Of a stretch of DNA of 64,000 nt, positions 1 to 9,241 are shown piece after piece (within the stretch, counting starts at the first letter, position 1; each line of letters starts with the position of its first letter). The notes beneath the pieces were generated by a model. The model saw nothing but the letters and a program-made list of their open reading frames with translations. It searched no databases and was not told the origin of the DNA. Location: positions 19,425 to 83,424 of the forward strand of contig JBBDWL010000084.1 of NCBI GenBank assembly GCA_040902895.1, written 5' to 3'. This DNA comes from Vicinamibacterales bacterium. GTDB taxonomy: Bacteria; Acidobacteriota; Vicinamibacteria; Vicinamibacterales; SCN-69-37. Position numbers and translations under genes: made by a program.

Positions 1-85
1 TGATGTTGGCGACGCCCTCCTCTACCTGGATCTCCTCCGCGCCATCGTCGCCGCGAAGCATCGCCGGAAGGCGAACGGTGATCAT
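1..85 (-). CDS. MoaD/ThiS/CysO-like small ubiquitin-fold sulfur-carrier protein, N-terminal fragment (continues past window start)
   Basis: Not in the ORF track because only 28 codons lie in the window. The ATG at 85-83 overlaps the TGA (84-82) of the upstream AOR gene (ATGA coupling). Hand translation MITVRLPAMLRGDDGAEEIQVEEGVANI resembles MoaD-family N-termini. MoaD-like genes are frequent partners of AOR genes. Confidence 0.4.
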   Translation of the reverse strand, partial: MITVRLPAMLRGDDGAEEIQVEEGVANI

Positions 86-2058
86 GCGCCCAGCAGCGTC
101 TGGAGTTCCGCCTTCCACGCCGCCTTCGGATGCCCCTGGTCGTCGAGCTTCGAGATCGCGTAAAAGCGCGAGAGCATGGCATCGAACTCGGCGCGGTCGA
201 TCTTCTCGCCGGCATAGGTGCCGACCGTCACCGGCTCCTCAAACCAGCGATCGGGCAGCGTGTCGTCTTTGCGCGTAAGGCCGAGGCGCGCGTTGATCAT
301 GCGCTCGACACCGATGATGTTGAGGCCGATGTTCGATAGATCGGCCTCGGTGAACTCGAGGCCGGTCACATTCGTGAGCTGCGGCGCGAACTGCTCGAAC
401 CCGGGCAGCGATGGGCTGTTGAACAACTTCGTCGTGAAGCGGCACATCCCCACCGAGTCGCCGACGGCATAGGTGTTCTCGCACGCGCGCACGGCCGTCT
501 CTTTGCCGACGTAGCTGTTCGGCTCGGCGCTCACGGGCCCGCCATACAGGCGCTCCTTGAATGCCGGATCGTCGTTGATGCGCGCGTTGATCTCGAGCGT
601 CACGCGATTGCGCAGATGATCCATTCCGCGCGTGGCGACGGCCAATCCGAGCGCAAAGGCCTTGAGGATGCGCGCGTCGTGCGGATCGCTCTGCATCAGG
701 TTCTTCACGGCCATGCGGTACTTCAACGCCTCGGACGGGTAATGCCCCTTCTCGACCGCGCGCGTGCCGTCGGCGAGCACGTTGCCGAAGCCCTCGCGCG
801 CCGCCATCATGAACAGCAGCTTCTCGACGAGCGCCGCGTCGCCCCACACGAGCTCGAGACCGCCGGTGTGAGTCTTATTAATGATGCCGCGCTGGTAGAG
901 CTCGAACGCCCAGCCCAGCGCCGATCCGGTCGAGGCCGTGTCGAGGCCGAGATCGTTGCAGATGTTGCTCAGCCGGATGATCGGCTCCACGCGATCGATC
1001 CCGAGATTCGGACCGAACTTGCCGAGCGTGACGTACTCAGGCCCATCGCCGCGTCCGTATTTGTCAGCCGGATCGTCGTTGAGATGATTCAGCGGACGGC
1101 AATTGACCGGACAGCGGAAGCAGCCCTCCATGCCGGGACGATACTGATCGAAGTGCACCGCATCGAGCGACTCGGTCCACGTCGTCTGCTGATTGTTCTT
1201 CGTGCCCATCGCGCCGAGCAGCCGGCTCGGACGATAGAGGAACTGCGTGCCCACTTTTTTGAGCGCGTGCTTCACGACCGACGTGCCAAGCAGCTTCATC
1301 GCGATCTCGCGATTGACCGGCTTGTACGGCTTCGCGGTGGGCACTTCCTGCGCGGCGCCCTGAATCACGATCGCCTTGAGCTTCAGCGATCCCATCTTTG
1401 CGCCCGGACCGCCGCGCGCATAGATGGCCTTGTCGCCGCCCATGATTCCCGCGGTGAGCACCTGGTTCTCGCCCGATCGCGAGATGCTTGCCATCGCAAG
1501 ATCGCGCGCCCACGTGCCGCCGAGATCCGTCGCGACGCGCGCCCGGAGGTCGATGTTGTCAAGACCTGCGTACTTACGCGCATCGTAAAATTCTACCCGG
1601 CAGATTTTTTCGCCCGGCGTAAATTCAGCCGGGTAGATTTTCAGCAGCGTCCATTCCGCCGCGCGGCCAAACAGCACGATGTGGTCGATGCCGTTCATCT
1701 TCATGAACGACGGGAAATAATCGCCGCAATTGCAGTCCATCAGGACGCCCGACTCGGGCGACCACGACGTCGCGTTGCCGCGCGCGGCGCTCGGCACGAG
1801 TCCCGTCAGCACGCCGGCGCCGAAGATCAGCGGGATGTCGGGATCGAGCGGCGTGCGCGACTCGTCGAGCAGCCGGTACAAATAGAACATGTTCCCGCCG
1901 CGCCCCGTCAGCAGCTGCTTCACGACGGCCAGCGGCGTGTGCGCGCGCGACACGGTCTGCCGCTCGAGGTCGATGAACAGCGTCGCGCCCTGGCTCGGGT
2001 ACTGGGGCTCGGCCGGCATCTCGGCCAGCAGCTGCGCGACACGTTCGCGGGCGGACAT
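82..2058 (-). CDS. Aldehyde:ferredoxin oxidoreductase (AOR) family tungsto/molybdopterin 4Fe-4S enzyme
   Basis: ORF 82..2430 trimmed to the ATG at 2058-2056 (MSARERVAQLL...), giving 658 aa. The 124 upstream codons are Arg/Ala-rich and run into the divergent ggt gene. Family hallmarks seen: EGCFRCPVNC (CxxCxxxC cluster ligands), GGPGAKMGSLKLKAIVIQG, and DSVGMCRFT near the C-terminus. Confidence 0.8.
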   Translation of the reverse strand: MSARERVAQLLAEMPAEPQYPSQGATLFIDLERQTVSRAHTPLAVVKQLLTGRGGNMFYLYRLLDESRTPLDPDIPLIFGAGVLTGLVPSAARGNATSWSPESGVLMDCNCGDYFPSFMKMNGIDHIVLFGRAAEWTLLKIYPAEFTPGEKICRVEFYDARKYAGLDNIDLRARVATDLGGTWARDLAMASISRSGENQVLTAGIMGGDKAIYARGGPGAKMGSLKLKAIVIQGAAQEVPTAKPYKPVNREIAMKLLGTSVVKHALKKVGTQFLYRPSRLLGAMGTKNNQQTTWTESLDAVHFDQYRPGMEGCFRCPVNCRPLNHLNDDPADKYGRGDGPEYVTLGKFGPNLGIDRVEPIIRLSNICNDLGLDTASTGSALGWAFELYQRGIINKTHTGGLELVWGDAALVEKLLFMMAAREGFGNVLADGTRAVEKGHYPSEALKYRMAVKNLMQSDPHDARILKAFALGLAVATRGMDHLRNRVTLEINARINDDPAFKERLYGGPVSAEPNSYVGKETAVRACENTYAVGDSVGMCRFTTKLFNSPSLPGFEQFAPQLTNVTGLEFTEADLSNIGLNIIGVERMINARLGLTRKDDTLPDRWFEEPVTVGTYAGEKIDRAEFDAMLSRFYAISKLDDQGHPKAAWKAELQTLLGA

Positions 2059-2155
2059 TAAGAGAAGGATAGCACCGGGCTCGCGGCGACGTCTGATGCT
2101 CGGGGCTTGAACACCGGACACCGCCCCTGCGCGTGTCATCGCGTTACAATCCCGC

Positions 2156-3826
2156 ATGCGCACGAGCTCGCTTCTCTGCCTCCTGCTGCTGCCCACGCTG
2201 ATGACACCCCAACTGCCCGGCGACCGGCCAACTCCGAACCCGCGCGGCACGCGCTCGGTCGTGATGGCACGCAACGGCGTCATCGCGACGAGCCAGCCGC
2301 TCGCGAGCGCCGCGGGCCTGAAGGTGCTGCAGGACGGCGGCAATGCGATCGACGCCGCGGTCACCGCCGCCGCCGTGCTCTCGGTCGTCGAGCCGACAAT
2401 GAATGGGATTGGCGGGGATTTGTTTGCCATCGTCTATGACGCAAAGACGCGGAGGCTGTCGGCGCTCAACGCCAGCGGACGATCCGGCGCCGCGGCAACG
2501 CCGGCCTACTTTGCAGGACGCAAGCTCACGACCATCCCGTATCGCGGCGAGCTCTCGGTGTCGGTGCCCGGCGTGATTGACGGCTGGTCGGAGCTGCTCG
2601 CAAAGCACGGCACGATTCCCCTCGCGCAGGCGCTGCAGCCCGCCATCACACATGCGCGCGAAGGCTATGCCGTTGCCGAAGTGCTCGCCTGGCAATGGGC
2701 GGATGCCGAGTCGACGCTCGCCCGCGACCCTGCCGCGGCCAAGACCTTCCTCATCGCCGGCCGCGCGCCGAAGCCGGGCGAGATTTTCAGCAACCCGAAT
2801 CTCGCGGCCTCGCTCGAAGCGATTGCGAAAGGCGGCCGCGACGCGTTCTACAACGGACCGCTCGCCGAGCACATCTCACAGGATCTGCAGAAGCGCGGGG
2901 GCCTGCTCACGGCCGATGACTTCGCCGCCCATCGCTCCGACTGGGTCGAGACGATCAGCACGAACTATCGCGGCTATGACGTCCACGAGATGCCGCCCAA
3001 CACGCAGGGCATCGCCGCGCTCGAAATGCTGAACATCCTCGAGGGCTTCGACCTGAAGGCGATGGGCCACAACTCGGGCGCGTATCTGCATCATCTTGTC
3101 GAGGCCAAGCGCATCGCCTTTGCCGATCGCGACGCGCATCTGGCCGCGCCCGACGCCGTCAAGCCGGAAGCGATCAAGATGATGCTGTCGAAGGAGTACG
3201 CGGCAAAGCGGCGCAAGGACATCAATCCTTCACGAACGTCGAGAACCGTTCCCGCCGGCGCGCCCGGCCGCGAAGCCATGGGCGACACCATCTATCTCAC
3301 CGTCGCCGATCGCCACGGCAACGTTGTCTCGCTCATCCAATCCATCTACGAAAGCTTCGGCTCCGGCATCGTCGCCGGCGACACCGGCATCGTGCTGCAC
3401 AACCGCGGCAGCCAGTTCAGCCTCGAGGCTTCACATCCGAACGTGATCGCGCCGCGCAAGCGGCCGTTCCATACGCTCGTGCCTGCGATGGTGCTGAAAG
3501 ACGGCAAGCCATGGCTGTCGTTCGGCGTGATGGGCGGCGACATGCAGCCGCAGGGACACGTGCAGGTGCTGCTCAACCTGATCGACTTCGGCATGAACGT
3601 GCAGGAGGCAGGCGAGGCGCCGCGCTTCCGCCACACCGGCACCGGCGTCGCTCTGGAATCGGCGATCACGCCCGCGGCGCGCTTTTATCTCGACGGCCGC
3701 GGCCATCGCCTGATCAACAGCATCGGCGTCTTCGGCGGATTCCAGGGGATCCTCATCGATCCGAAGACGGGCGTGCTGATGGGCGGATCGGATCCGCGCA
3801 AAGACGGGTTGGCGATCGGCTATTAA
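2156..3826 (+). CDS. ggt: Gamma-glutamyltranspeptidase (Ntn-hydrolase), exported
   Basis: 556-aa ORF with a hydrophobic signal-like N-terminus (MRTSSLLCLLLLPTLM). GGT hallmarks: GGNAIDAAV, GIGGDLFAIVYD, the autoprocessing/nucleophile context GDTIYLTVADRHGNVVSLIQS, and C-terminal GGSDPRKDG. Confidence 0.9.
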   Translation: MRTSSLLCLLLLPTLMTPQLPGDRPTPNPRGTRSVVMARNGVIATSQPLASAAGLKVLQDGGNAIDAAVTAAAVLSVVEPTMNGIGGDLFAIVYDAKTRRLSALNASGRSGAAATPAYFAGRKLTTIPYRGELSVSVPGVIDGWSELLAKHGTIPLAQALQPAITHAREGYAVAEVLAWQWADAESTLARDPAAAKTFLIAGRAPKPGEIFSNPNLAASLEAIAKGGRDAFYNGPLAEHISQDLQKRGGLLTADDFAAHRSDWVETISTNYRGYDVHEMPPNTQGIAALEMLNILEGFDLKAMGHNSGAYLHHLVEAKRIAFADRDAHLAAPDAVKPEAIKMMLSKEYAAKRRKDINPSRTSRTVPAGAPGREAMGDTIYLTVADRHGNVVSLIQSIYESFGSGIVAGDTGIVLHNRGSQFSLEASHPNVIAPRKRPFHTLVPAMVLKDGKPWLSFGVMGGDMQPQGHVQVLLNLIDFGMNVQEAGEAPRFRHTGTGVALESAITPAARFYLDGRGHRLINSIGVFGGFQGILIDPKTGVLMGGSDPRKDGLAIGY

Positions 3827-3878
3827 GCGTCGTTCACTTTTCGCGCCGCCGCGCGTATAGCCAGCAGGAGGACGCTCC

Positions 3879-6323
3879 ATGAGGCGATCGATCTGGTCCG
3901 GCGTCGAGCAGGACGTGCGTCATGCGTTCCGCGGTCTCACGGGTTCGCCCGGATTCACGCTCGGCGTCACGCTCAGTGTGGCCGTCGGCATCGCGGCCAA
4001 CACGCTCGCCTTCAGCGTGCTGAATGTCGCGTTCCTCCGGCCGTTTCCCGCCGTCCACGCGCAGCATGAGCTGGCCCGCGTCAGCGTCCACACGAAGCCG
4101 CGCTCTGGCCGATTCGAGGACTTCCAGACGCTCCGGCGGCACCTGACCGGGCTGTCCGATCTCGCCGCCAATGTCAGTACCGACTTCGCCGTCACAGTCG
4201 ACGGTGGGTCGTCGATGATTCTCGAGGGCACCATCGTGTCGTCGAACTATTTCGACGTGCTTGGTGTCGCGCCCGCGGCGGGCCGGTTCTTCGTGCCCGA
4301 AGAGGACGTCGAACCCTGGACGCGTCCCGCGGTCGTCATCGGCTTCGGTCTGTGGCAGCGCCATTTCCAAGGCGCACCGGACGTGCTCTCGCGACAGATC
4401 CTGGTCAACGGCGCCGCGCTGCCGATCGTCGGCGTCACGCCGAAGGGCTTCACCTCGGTCACCAAAGGCGAGAACGATAGTCAGGTCTGGATCACGATGG
4501 CGATGTCAGAGCTTGCTCTGCGCACCGAGGGAGGCCGGCCCGTAAACATCCGCAACCACGCGGACCTGACGTGGATCGACTACGTCGGCCGCCGCAAACC
4601 CGGAGTCACGAACGCGCGCGTGCAGTCGCAGGCTGCCGCGCTCGTGCCTGCCATTGCCGCTGCCCGCCCGGCGAAGTCCAAGGACGTCTCGATCTCGGTC
4701 GGCGACGTGTACATGAACAAACGGAGCGACCTCGCGGCGGCAGCTGCCGGCTTTCTGGCGCTGCCGATGCTCGTGCTGGCGATCGCGTGCGCGAACGCCG
4801 CCAACCTGATCCTGTCGCGAGCCACCGAGCGCGGGCGCGACTGGATCATGCGGCTCGCGCTGGGCGCGTCGCGGTGGCGCGTCGTGCGCCAGATACTCGT
4901 CGAAAGCCTGCTGCTCGCAAGCGCCGGCTCCGCCGTCGGTCTGCTCCTCACGTACTGGGGTGTTCGCGTGGTCCCCCGCGCGGCGATACCGATAGAGCTG
5001 ACGATCGATCTGCCGGTGCTCCTGTTCACGATGGGCATCACGGGGCTGACGGCGCTGCTCTTCGGGCTTGGCCCCGCGCTCGCGGTGACACGTTCGGCGG
5101 CGCGTGGCCGTATCGGCGCCAGCAAACGCGACACGTGGTTCGGCTCGCGCACGCGCGCGGCACTCGTCGCGCTTCAGGCCGCGCTGTGCGTTGGTCTGCT
5201 CTCGACGGGAGCGCAGTTTTCGAAGACCGCCGCGATGATCATCAACGATCACGGCGTCGCCGATCCGGATCGTTTTCTTGTCGCGACACTCGATGTCGGC
5301 AGGCTGCGCTACGCGCCCGAGGAGGCGCGAGCCTTCTTCGATCGCGCGCTGGCACAAGTACAGTCCATTCCGGGCGTGCCATCCGCCGCCCTCGTCAACG
5401 GTGAGCCATGGAACGCCTGGGACGGCGACGCGATGCTCTGGATGCCGGGCGCATCGCCGGCTGAAGGCAAGCCGCTGCAGACGATGTATGCGGGAGGCGA
5501 CTTGTTCGGCGCACTCGGTCAGTCGATGGTCGCGGGGCGGCCGTTCAGCGACGCGGATCGCGGAGCCGTCATGCGCACGGCGATCGTCAACAAGCCGTTC
5601 GCAGACCGCTATCTGGCTGGGCGCGCGCTCGGCACTACGCTCCGCCTCGCCGACGCCTCCTCCGGCATCCCGACGTATGCCCAGGGCGTCGACGTCACCA
5701 TCATCGGCATCGTCGCGCCACCAACAGGCCTGCGCAGTGACAAGCGGCCGCTGATCTATCACCCGCTGCCGCTCGACAGCCCCAGGAGGCTGACGCTGTT
5801 CGCCCGTTTCGAGGGCGCGCGGGCAAGCATGCTGCCGGCGGTGCGGTCCGCGCTGATGTCGATCGAGCCGCGCCTGCCGCTGGAACGGTTCGGGACGCTG
5901 CCCGACGTGCAGGGCAAGGAGCACGCGGAAGATCGCTGGATGGCGTGGGCCATCGGCGGTCTTGGCGGTCTCGCGCTCATGCTCGCTGCGGTCGGCCTCT
6001 ATGGCGTCGTGTCGTACATGGTGACGATGCGGAGGCGCGAGATTGGGATCCGGATGGCGCTCGGCTCGGCGCGCGCGGGGGTCGTCGGGCTCATTCTCCG
6101 ACAGTCGCTGCGGCCCGCCCTTCTCGGGTGCCTCGCAGGCGGCATCGGCGCCGTCATCGTCGCACTGATCGTCAAGGCGCGCCTCTATGGTGCGTCGGCG
6201 GCCGATCCACTCGCACTCGCGGGCGCGAGCGCACTTGTGCTCGCCATGCTCATTGCCGCGAGTGTGATCCCCGCACGCCGCGCATCCTCAATCGATCCGG
6301 CCATCGCGTTGCGCGATCAGTAA
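3879..6323 (+). CDS. ADOP-type duplicated orphan permease (MacB-like periplasmic domain + two FtsX-type permease modules)
   Basis: 814 aa. N-terminus FRGLTGSPGFTLGVTLSVAVGIAANT (TM1) is followed by a large extracytoplasmic domain. There are two FtsX-like modules, each with the cytoplasmic loop pattern (ERGRDWIMRLALGASRW and RRREIGIRMALGSARAG). No ABC ATPase gene is adjacent. AGGAGG lies about 11 nt upstream of the ATG. Confidence 0.8.
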   Translation: MRRSIWSGVEQDVRHAFRGLTGSPGFTLGVTLSVAVGIAANTLAFSVLNVAFLRPFPAVHAQHELARVSVHTKPRSGRFEDFQTLRRHLTGLSDLAANVSTDFAVTVDGGSSMILEGTIVSSNYFDVLGVAPAAGRFFVPEEDVEPWTRPAVVIGFGLWQRHFQGAPDVLSRQILVNGAALPIVGVTPKGFTSVTKGENDSQVWITMAMSELALRTEGGRPVNIRNHADLTWIDYVGRRKPGVTNARVQSQAAALVPAIAAARPAKSKDVSISVGDVYMNKRSDLAAAAAGFLALPMLVLAIACANAANLILSRATERGRDWIMRLALGASRWRVVRQILVESLLLASAGSAVGLLLTYWGVRVVPRAAIPIELTIDLPVLLFTMGITGLTALLFGLGPALAVTRSAARGRIGASKRDTWFGSRTRAALVALQAALCVGLLSTGAQFSKTAAMIINDHGVADPDRFLVATLDVGRLRYAPEEARAFFDRALAQVQSIPGVPSAALVNGEPWNAWDGDAMLWMPGASPAEGKPLQTMYAGGDLFGALGQSMVAGRPFSDADRGAVMRTAIVNKPFADRYLAGRALGTTLRLADASSGIPTYAQGVDVTIIGIVAPPTGLRSDKRPLIYHPLPLDSPRRLTLFARFEGARASMLPAVRSALMSIEPRLPLERFGTLPDVQGKEHAEDRWMAWAIGGLGGLALMLAAVGLYGVVSYMVTMRRREIGIRMALGSARAGVVGLILRQSLRPALLGCLAGGIGAVIVALIVKARLYGASAADPLALAGASALVLAMLIAASVIPARRASSIDPAIALRDQ

Positions 6324-6348
6324 TCAACAAGTCACACATCAACAAGTC

Positions 6349-7347
6349 TCAAATCCTGAATCCCTCACCAAGCGGATCATCGTCACCTATGACGAAAAGG
6401 TGTTCGCCGGTGATGCTGGCGCTGCCTTCGATCTCGGGGATGATGGCGGGCAGATCGCCGACAGATGTGTGCCCGAGGACGCGGCCGCGAAACGTCGTGC
6501 CGATGATGCTTTCGTGCGTGAAGACGTGATCGGCGGCCAGCATGCCCATGGCGTCGAGCACCGCCATCACCGCGCAGGTGCCGGTGCCGCACGGCGAGCG
6601 ATCCACTTCCCTGTCGGCGAATACCGTGACGTTGCGAAGGTCCGCGCCGCCTGTCGCCGGGCCGGTGAAGATGGTGCCGTAGATGCCGGTGAGTCCCGGT
6701 TCGAGCGGATGCACGACCGTGATCGCCTTCTCGACCTGCGCGCGCACCTGCACCGACAACTCCTTCAGGTCATGCAGCGACGCGGGCGCCACGCCAAGCC
6801 CGGCGGCTTCGGCATCGCAGATCGCATAAAACGCGCCGCCGAACGCGACGTCGACGGGGATCGTTCGGCTGCGCGCCTGCACGGACACACCGGCAGCCAG
6901 CACGAACGACGGCACGTTCGCGAACGACACGCTCTCCACGCGGCGCGAGCCGTCTTTGCGCTCCGACACGCGCGCCCGCGCGGCGATCCGTCCGGCCGGA
7001 GCGTCGAACACAATCTCGCGCGCGCCGGCATACTTCTCGACGCGTTCGATCAGGATCGTCGCGACCGCGATAATCCCGTGCCCGCACATCGTGCTGTAAC
7101 CCTCGTTGTGCATGAAGAGGATGCCGGTGTCCGAGCCCTCGCGCTCGGGTGGCGTCAGCAGCGCGCCGTACATGTCGGCATGTCCGCGCGGCTCGAGCAT
7201 CAGCGCGCGCCGCAAGCGATCGTGCCGCCGCTTCGCGAAGTCGCGCCGCTCGAGAATAGTCGCGCCTCTTGGCTCAGGCCAGCCGTCGACGACGAGACGC
7301 AGTGGCTCGCCGGCGGTGTGCGCGTCGATTGTGCGGAACGTGTGCAT
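6349..7347 (-). CDS. Proline racemase / 4-hydroxyproline 2-epimerase family protein
   Basis: 332 aa. N-terminus MHTFRTIDAHTAGEPLRLV. The two catalytic-Cys contexts STMCGHG and DRSPCGTGTCA (a Cys/Cys pair) favour a racemase/epimerase over the Cys/Thr dehydratase subtype. Confidence 0.8.
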   Translation of the reverse strand: MHTFRTIDAHTAGEPLRLVVDGWPEPRGATILERRDFAKRRHDRLRRALMLEPRGHADMYGALLTPPEREGSDTGILFMHNEGYSTMCGHGIIAVATILIERVEKYAGAREIVFDAPAGRIAARARVSERKDGSRRVESVSFANVPSFVLAAGVSVQARSRTIPVDVAFGGAFYAICDAEAAGLGVAPASLHDLKELSVQVRAQVEKAITVVHPLEPGLTGIYGTIFTGPATGGADLRNVTVFADREVDRSPCGTGTCAVMAVLDAMGMLAADHVFTHESIIGTTFRGRVLGHTSVGDLPAIIPEIEGSASITGEHLFVIGDDDPLGEGFRI

Positions 7348-7396
7348 GGATCGGTGAGTATAGCGACGCAGGCCTGAAGGCCTGCGCTACCCGCGC

Positions 7397-8182
7397 CTAA
7401 TCGAACAGATCCGTGATCCAGGACCAGACCTCGGCTAGTCGCGAACCGCCGGTGTCTTGCGCAGCTTCTACAGGCTGGACTGCGGGGGCCGGTGGTGGCG
7501 CCTGTGCCGCGGCCAGGGTCTGCTGGTAAAGCGCCTCGAAGTTCTGGATGCGCGAAGGCACCGGCACGATGTGGAAGGTCAGCTGGTTCGCCTCGGCGAT
7601 GAAATAGATGTCACCTGCGGCGCGCATGTCTTCGAGCACACGGCGAAGGTCGGCGGCCGTTTCAGCCGGCATGAACTTCAGGCCGATGTCGATCGCGTAG
7701 CCCATGACGTGCGTCGGCACGTCGGTATTCGCGTTCCCATTCCTACCCATCAACGCGCGCTGGTACTCCGCCGTTCGCACCAGGCTCGTAACCTCGAGCG
7801 GCCCGTGCTGGACGCGGTTGTTGATGTCGATGAGCATGCCCATCGCCGCGGGCCTCAGCGCTATGTATAGCGGCTGGTGCTCGAGGTCCTTCTGGCCGAT
7901 CGGCGACGGCCCGATCAGCCGGGGCTGGACGTGAGACAGCTCGATGGTCGATAGCGGAACGAGCTCACCGGTGCCGAGCGCGCGCTGCAGATGCTCACGA
8001 TCGGCGAACTGCGCCGTATCCAACATCGGTCGATACTCATCCTTAATAGTCAGCGCGTCCGCATGGCTCTGCCGCCGCAGCTCTGACACCATCGTGTAGA
8101 TGGCGGGATCCTGTGCCTCGACGGTCGAGTCAGAGGTCGGCAGCACGAGCACGAACGCGAGGAAGAGAACCAGGATTCTCAC
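7397..8182 (-). CDS. Exported hypothetical protein, possible LAS/M15 (VanY-like) metallopeptidase fold
   Basis: 261 aa with signal peptide MRILVLFLAFVLVLPTSDS. Ordered motifs resemble M15B: TSLVRTAEYQ (S-x-x-R-x-x-x-Q), THVMGYAIDIG (H-x-x-G-x-A-x-D), and a late TFH. This is motif-level recognition only. Confidence 0.4.
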   Translation of the reverse strand: MRILVLFLAFVLVLPTSDSTVEAQDPAIYTMVSELRRQSHADALTIKDEYRPMLDTAQFADREHLQRALGTGELVPLSTIELSHVQPRLIGPSPIGQKDLEHQPLYIALRPAAMGMLIDINNRVQHGPLEVTSLVRTAEYQRALMGRNGNANTDVPTHVMGYAIDIGLKFMPAETAADLRRVLEDMRAAGDIYFIAEANQLTFHIVPVPSRIQNFEALYQQTLAAAQAPPPAPAVQPVEAAQDTGGSRLAEVWSWITDLFD

Positions 8183-8247
8183 GCCCAGTAGTCCCGCAAC
8201 CTCGATGCCAGCGCACGCTTGAGCCTGATATACGATGCTGGTCCTGT

Positions 8248-9216
8248 ATGGCTCTGCTGCTCAATGAGCGAGACGTAAGAACTCTGCTGTCGATGGCGGA
8301 CCTCATCGAGGCGATGGAGGCCGCGCTCGCCGCGTTTTCGACCGGCAAGGTGCGCCAGCCGGTGCGCTCGATCATCGAGCTCGGCTCGCACGGGTTCTTC
8401 GGGGTCATGCCTGCCGCGTACGACGAAGCCGCCGGCGCGAAGCTCGTGACAGTCGTGCCGGGCAATCACGAGCGCGGGCTTCCGTCACATCTCGCGACGA
8501 TCCTGCTGTTCGATCCGCAGACCGGCGCGCTCGAGGCCATGCTCGACGGCCGGTACATCACCGAGGCGCGCACGGCGGCAGTGTCCGCGGTGTCGGCGCG
8601 CCATCTGGCGCGGCCCGATTCGCGCGTCGCGGCGATCATCGGATCGGGCGTGCAGGCGCGCAGCCACGCCGATGCCCTCTCCCGCGTGCTCGCGCTGCAG
8701 GAGTTTCGCGTCTGGAGCCCTTCGGCTGACCATCGCCACGCCGCGGCCCGCGACATTGAAGCGGCCACGGACGTTAAAACGACGGCTTCCCCGTCGGCCC
8801 GGGAAGCCGTGGATGGCGCCGATGTCGTGGTGCTCGTAACGTCGGCGGCGGCGCCCGTCATTGAAGATGCATGGATCACCGAAGCAGTGCACGTCATCGG
8901 CGTCGGCGCGTGCCGGCCCACTCAACGCGAGATGCCCGGCGCGCTCGTCGGCCGCGCGCGCCTCATCGTCGACTCGCGCGACGCGGCGATGAAGGAGGCG
9001 GGCGATATCCTGCTGGCGCAGAAGGATGGCGCGAACGTGCATATCGCGGCCGAGCTCGGCGAGATTTGCGCGGGACTGGCGCCCGGCCGGGAAGCGGCCG
9101 ATGACGTCACAATCTTCAAATCCCTGGGACTTGCCGTCGAAGACATCGTCTCGGCCGCGCTGGTCCTTCGACGGGCGCGCGAGGCGGGCGCCGGCACGAC
9201 CATCGAGCTCGGATGA
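8248..9216 (+). CDS. Ornithine cyclodeaminase / mu-crystallin family NAD(P)-dependent enzyme
   Basis: ORF 8113..9216 trimmed to the ATG at 8248 (MALLLNERDVRTLL...), giving 322 aa. The family pattern includes the Rossmann segment IIGSGVQARSH and C-terminal FKSLGLAVED. It lies next to a proline-racemase-family gene. Confidence 0.8.
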   Translation: MALLLNERDVRTLLSMADLIEAMEAALAAFSTGKVRQPVRSIIELGSHGFFGVMPAAYDEAAGAKLVTVVPGNHERGLPSHLATILLFDPQTGALEAMLDGRYITEARTAAVSAVSARHLARPDSRVAAIIGSGVQARSHADALSRVLALQEFRVWSPSADHRHAAARDIEAATDVKTTASPSAREAVDGADVVVLVTSAAAPVIEDAWITEAVHVIGVGACRPTQREMPGALVGRARLIVDSRDAAMKEAGDILLAQKDGANVHIAAELGEICAGLAPGREAADDVTIFKSLGLAVEDIVSAALVLRRAREAGAGTTIELG

Positions 9217-9241
9217 AGCGCCTTCGCGCATTAACGTTGCA

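Noticed and set aside
616-2061. 481-aa plus-strand ORF covering most of the AOR locus
   Set aside because: It is antisense to a gene with clear AOR-family motifs. The translation is Arg/Ala/His-rich with no recognisable motifs, as expected for an open antisense frame in GC-rich DNA.
2059-2155. Possible Moco/Wco riboswitch in front of the AOR gene
   Set aside because: Only 97 nt are shared with the divergent ggt promoter. I could not trace the conserved Moco-motif helices or core sequence by eye. A covariance-model scan would be needed, so nothing is claimed.
2059-2430. N-terminal extensions of track ORFs (82..2430, 8113.., 9026.., 13324..14673, 15517..17982, 22618..23625, 37722..38960, 53593..)
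   Set aside because: The extensions overlap neighbouring genes, are Arg-rich, and precede internal ATGs. Those ATGs give proper N-termini (signal peptides or conserved family starts) and often form ATGA/TGATG junctions with the upstream gene.
4506-5924. 472-aa minus-strand ORF and several 150-280-aa ORFs inside 3879-6323
   Set aside because: They are embedded in the ADOP permease gene, whose TM and loop motifs are clear on the plus strand. These are spurious GC-rich frames. The same reasoning applies to the many other overlapping ORFs in the track that I did not list.
6323-6348. Direct repeat ATCAACAAGTC x2 (6323-6333 and 6338-6348) between convergent genes
   Set aside because: It is real but short (11 bp). 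It lies in a 25-nt convergent spacer that overlaps the first gene's stop codon and abuts the second gene's stop. There is no hairpin or further structure, so it is probably fortuitous.
7367-7386. Hairpin CGCAGGCC-TGAA-GGCCTGCG after the 7397-8182 gene, and hairpin CCCTGACC-GCG-GGTCAGGG (36228-36246) after the M48 gene
   Set aside because: The stems are only 8 bp and lack a following U-tract on the transcribed strand. That is too weak to call them terminators.
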